Source of the DNA: Eledone cirrhosa
Lineage: Eukaryota
Length of the DNA: 64,000 nucleotides
Direction of reading: 5' to 3'
Assembly (NCBI GenBank): GCA_964016885.1
Contig: OZ024740.1
Coordinates: forward strand, 316,448,001-316,512,000
The translations under genes were made by a program, and so were the position numbers. Shown piece by piece: positions 60,801 to 64,000 of the stretch (the stretch's first letter is position 1; each line of letters opens with the position of its first letter). The notes beneath the pieces are model-generated. The model was not told where the DNA came from, searched no databases, and saw only the letters and a list, made by a program, of their open reading frames with translations.

Positions 60801-63800
60801 ACTACTACCATCATATATAGAACTATATTAAACTATTGGACACTACTACCATCATATATAGAACTATATTAAACTGTTGGACACTGCTATCATCATATAT
60901 AGAACTATATTAAACTATTGGACACTACTACCATCATATATAGAACTATATTAAACTATTGGACACTACTACCATCATATATAGAACTATATTAAACTTT
61001 TGGACACTACTACCATCATATATAGAACTATATTAAACTATTGGACACTACTACCATCATATATAGAACTATATTAAACTATTGGACACTACTACCATCA
61101 TATATAGAACTATATTAAACTGTTGGACATAACTACCATCATATATAGAACCATATTAAACTATTGGACACTACTACCATCATATATAGAACTATATTAA
61201 ACTATTGGACACTACTACCATCATATATAAAACTATATTAAACTATTTTCCCACCTCTTTCTGTTTCAACCAACCATAACTGGCCACTCATAATAAGTAA
61301 GGTATGGTTCTCAAAATAAATAATATCAAAATCTCATAGATTCGATATTACGTCAGGTAAAGCCTTTATCATGAAAATATAATAGTAAATATAAAGTAAT
61401 GTAAATACTAAAGTTTAAACTGTATTGAAACAACTACCATCATATATTAAACTGTTGGACACTACGGCCATCATATATAGAACTATATTAAATTATTGGA
61501 CACTACTACCATCATATATAGAATCATATTAAACTATTGGACACTACTACCATCATATATAGAACTATATTAAACTATTCGACACTACTACCATCATATA
61601 TAGAATCATATTAAACTATTGGACACTACTACCATCATATATAGAACTATATTAAACTATTGGACACTACTACCATCATATATAGAACTATATTAAACTA
61701 TTGGACACTACTACCATCATATATAGAACTATATTAAACTTTTGGACACTACTACCATCATATATAGAACTATATTAAACTATGGGACACTACTACCATC
61801 ATATATAGAACTATATTAAACTGTTGGACACTGCTATCATCATATATAGAACTATATTAAACTATTGGACACTACTACCATCATATATAGAACTATATTA
61901 AACTATTGGACACTACTACCATCATATATAGAACTATATTAAACTATTGGACACTACTACCATCATATATAGAACTATATTAAACTTTTGGACACTACTA
62001 CCATCATATATAGAACTATATTAAACTATTGGACACTACTACCATCATATATAGAACTATATTAAACTATTGGACACTACTACCATCATATATAGAACTA
62101 TATTAAACTGTTGGACACTGCTATCATCATATATAGAACTATATTAAACTATTGGACACTACTACCATCATATATAGAACTATATTAAACTATTGGACAC
62201 TACTACCATCATATATAGAACTATATTAAACTATTGGACACTACTACCATCATATATATAACTATATTAAACTATTGGAAACTACTACCATCATCTATAG
62301 AACTATATTAAACTATTGGACACTACTACCATCATATATAGAACTATATTAAACTGTTGGACATAACTACCATCATATATAGAACCATATTAAACTATTG
62401 GACACTACTACCATCATATATAGAACTATATTAAACTATTGGACACTACTACCATCATATATAAAACTATATTAAACTATTTTCCCACCTCTTTCTGTTT
62501 CAACCAACCATAACTGGCCACTCATAATAAGTAAGGTATGGTTCTCAAAATAAATAATATCAAAATCTCATAGATTCGATATTACGTCAGGTAAAGCCTT
62601 TATCATGAAAATATAATAGTAAATATAAAGTAATGTAAATACTAAAGTTTAAACTGTATTGAAACAACTACCATCATATATTAAACTGTTGGACACTACG
62701 GCCATCATATATAGAACTATATTAAATTATTGGACACTACTACCATCATATATAAAACTATATTAAACTATTGGACACTACTACCATCATATATAGAACT
62801 ATATTAAAATATTGGACACTACTACTATCATATATAGAACTATATTAAACTGTTGGACACTGCTACCATCATATATAGAACTATATTAAACTGTTGGACA
62901 CTACTACCATCATATATGGAACTATATTAAACTATTGGACAGTGCTACCATCATATATAGAACTATATTAAACTGTAGGACACTACTACCATCATATATA
63001 GAACTATATTAAACTATTGGAGACTACTACCATCATATATAGAACTATATTAAACTATTGGACACTACTACCATAATATATAGAACTATATTAAACTGTT
63101 GGAAACTACTACCATCATATATAGAACTATTTTAAAATATTGGACACTACTACCATCATATATAGAACTATATTAAACCGTTGGACACCACTACCATCAT
63201 ATATAGAACTATATTAAACTATTGGACACTACTACCATCATATATAGAACTATATTAAACTATTGGACACTACTACCATCATATATAGAACCATATTAAA
63301 CTATTGGACACTACTACCATCATATATAGAACTATATTACACTATTGGACACTACTACTATCATATATAGAACTACATTAAACTATTGGACACTACTGCC
63401 ATCATATATAGAACTATATTAAACTCTTATACACTACTACCATCATATATAGAACTATATTAAACTATTGGACACTACTACCATCATATATAGAACTATA
63501 TTAAAGTATGGGACACTACTACCATCATATATAGAACTATACTAAACTATTGGACGCCACTAGCATCATATATAAAACTATATAAAACTATTTTCCCCCC
63601 TCTTTCTGTTTCAACCAACCATAACTGGCCACTCATACTGATTAAGTTATGGTTCTCAAAATAAAAAATATCAAAATCTCATAGATTCGATATTATGTCA
63701 GGTAAAGCCTTTATCATGAAAATATAATTATAAATATGAAGTAACGTAAATACTAAAGTTTAAACTGTATTGAAACAACTACCATCATATATTAAACTGT

Positions 63801-64000
63801 TGGACACTACGGCCATCATATATAGAACTATATTAAATTATTGGACACTACTACCATCATATATAAAACTATATTAAACTATTGGACACTACTACCATCA
63901 TATATAGAACTATATTAAAATATTGGACACTACTACTATCATATATAGAACTATATTAAACTGTTGGACACTGCTACCATCATATATAGAACTATATTAA

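Larger units (their letters stand above)
1..64000. repeat. Composite satellite array: 41-bp monomer runs interspersed with a conserved 209-bp cassette; the array runs off both window edges
   Basis: The consensus GGACACTACTACCATCATATATAGAACTATATTAAACTATT recurs head-to-tail throughout in one orientation. Distances between cassettes are exact multiples of 41 (45609-46510 = 902 = 22x41; 43596-45399 = 1804 = 44x41). Confidence 0.99.

Noticed and set aside
1-64000. CRISPR array
   Set aside because: The repeats abut directly, the interspersed segments are near-identical rather than unique spacers, and there are no cas genes.

Overview
The whole 64-kb window is non-coding, AT-rich tandem-repeat (satellite) DNA, most likely from an animal genome (inference). 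I found no credible genes, rRNA, tRNA or CRISPR array. The basic unit is a 41-bp monomer (GGACACTACTACCATCATATATAGAACTATATTAAACTATT, 27% GC). From position ~3032 on, the monomer runs are interrupted about 59 times (manual count) by a conserved 209-bp cassette. The cassette is a ~170-bp unique, hairpin- and palindrome-rich core plus a degenerate, shortened monomer. This gives a composite repeat of [cassette + 1 to ~44 monomers]. Shared variants show several higher-order duplications (205, 984, 3616 and 4020 bp periods, plus dispersed copies offset by ~4.7 and ~5.2 kb). The only foreign sequence is a 182-bp minus-strand tRNA-derived SINE-like insertion (22382-22563) with an 8-bp target-site duplication, whose paralogous empty site is at ~27278. 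The single supplied ORF is a by-product of the repeat.
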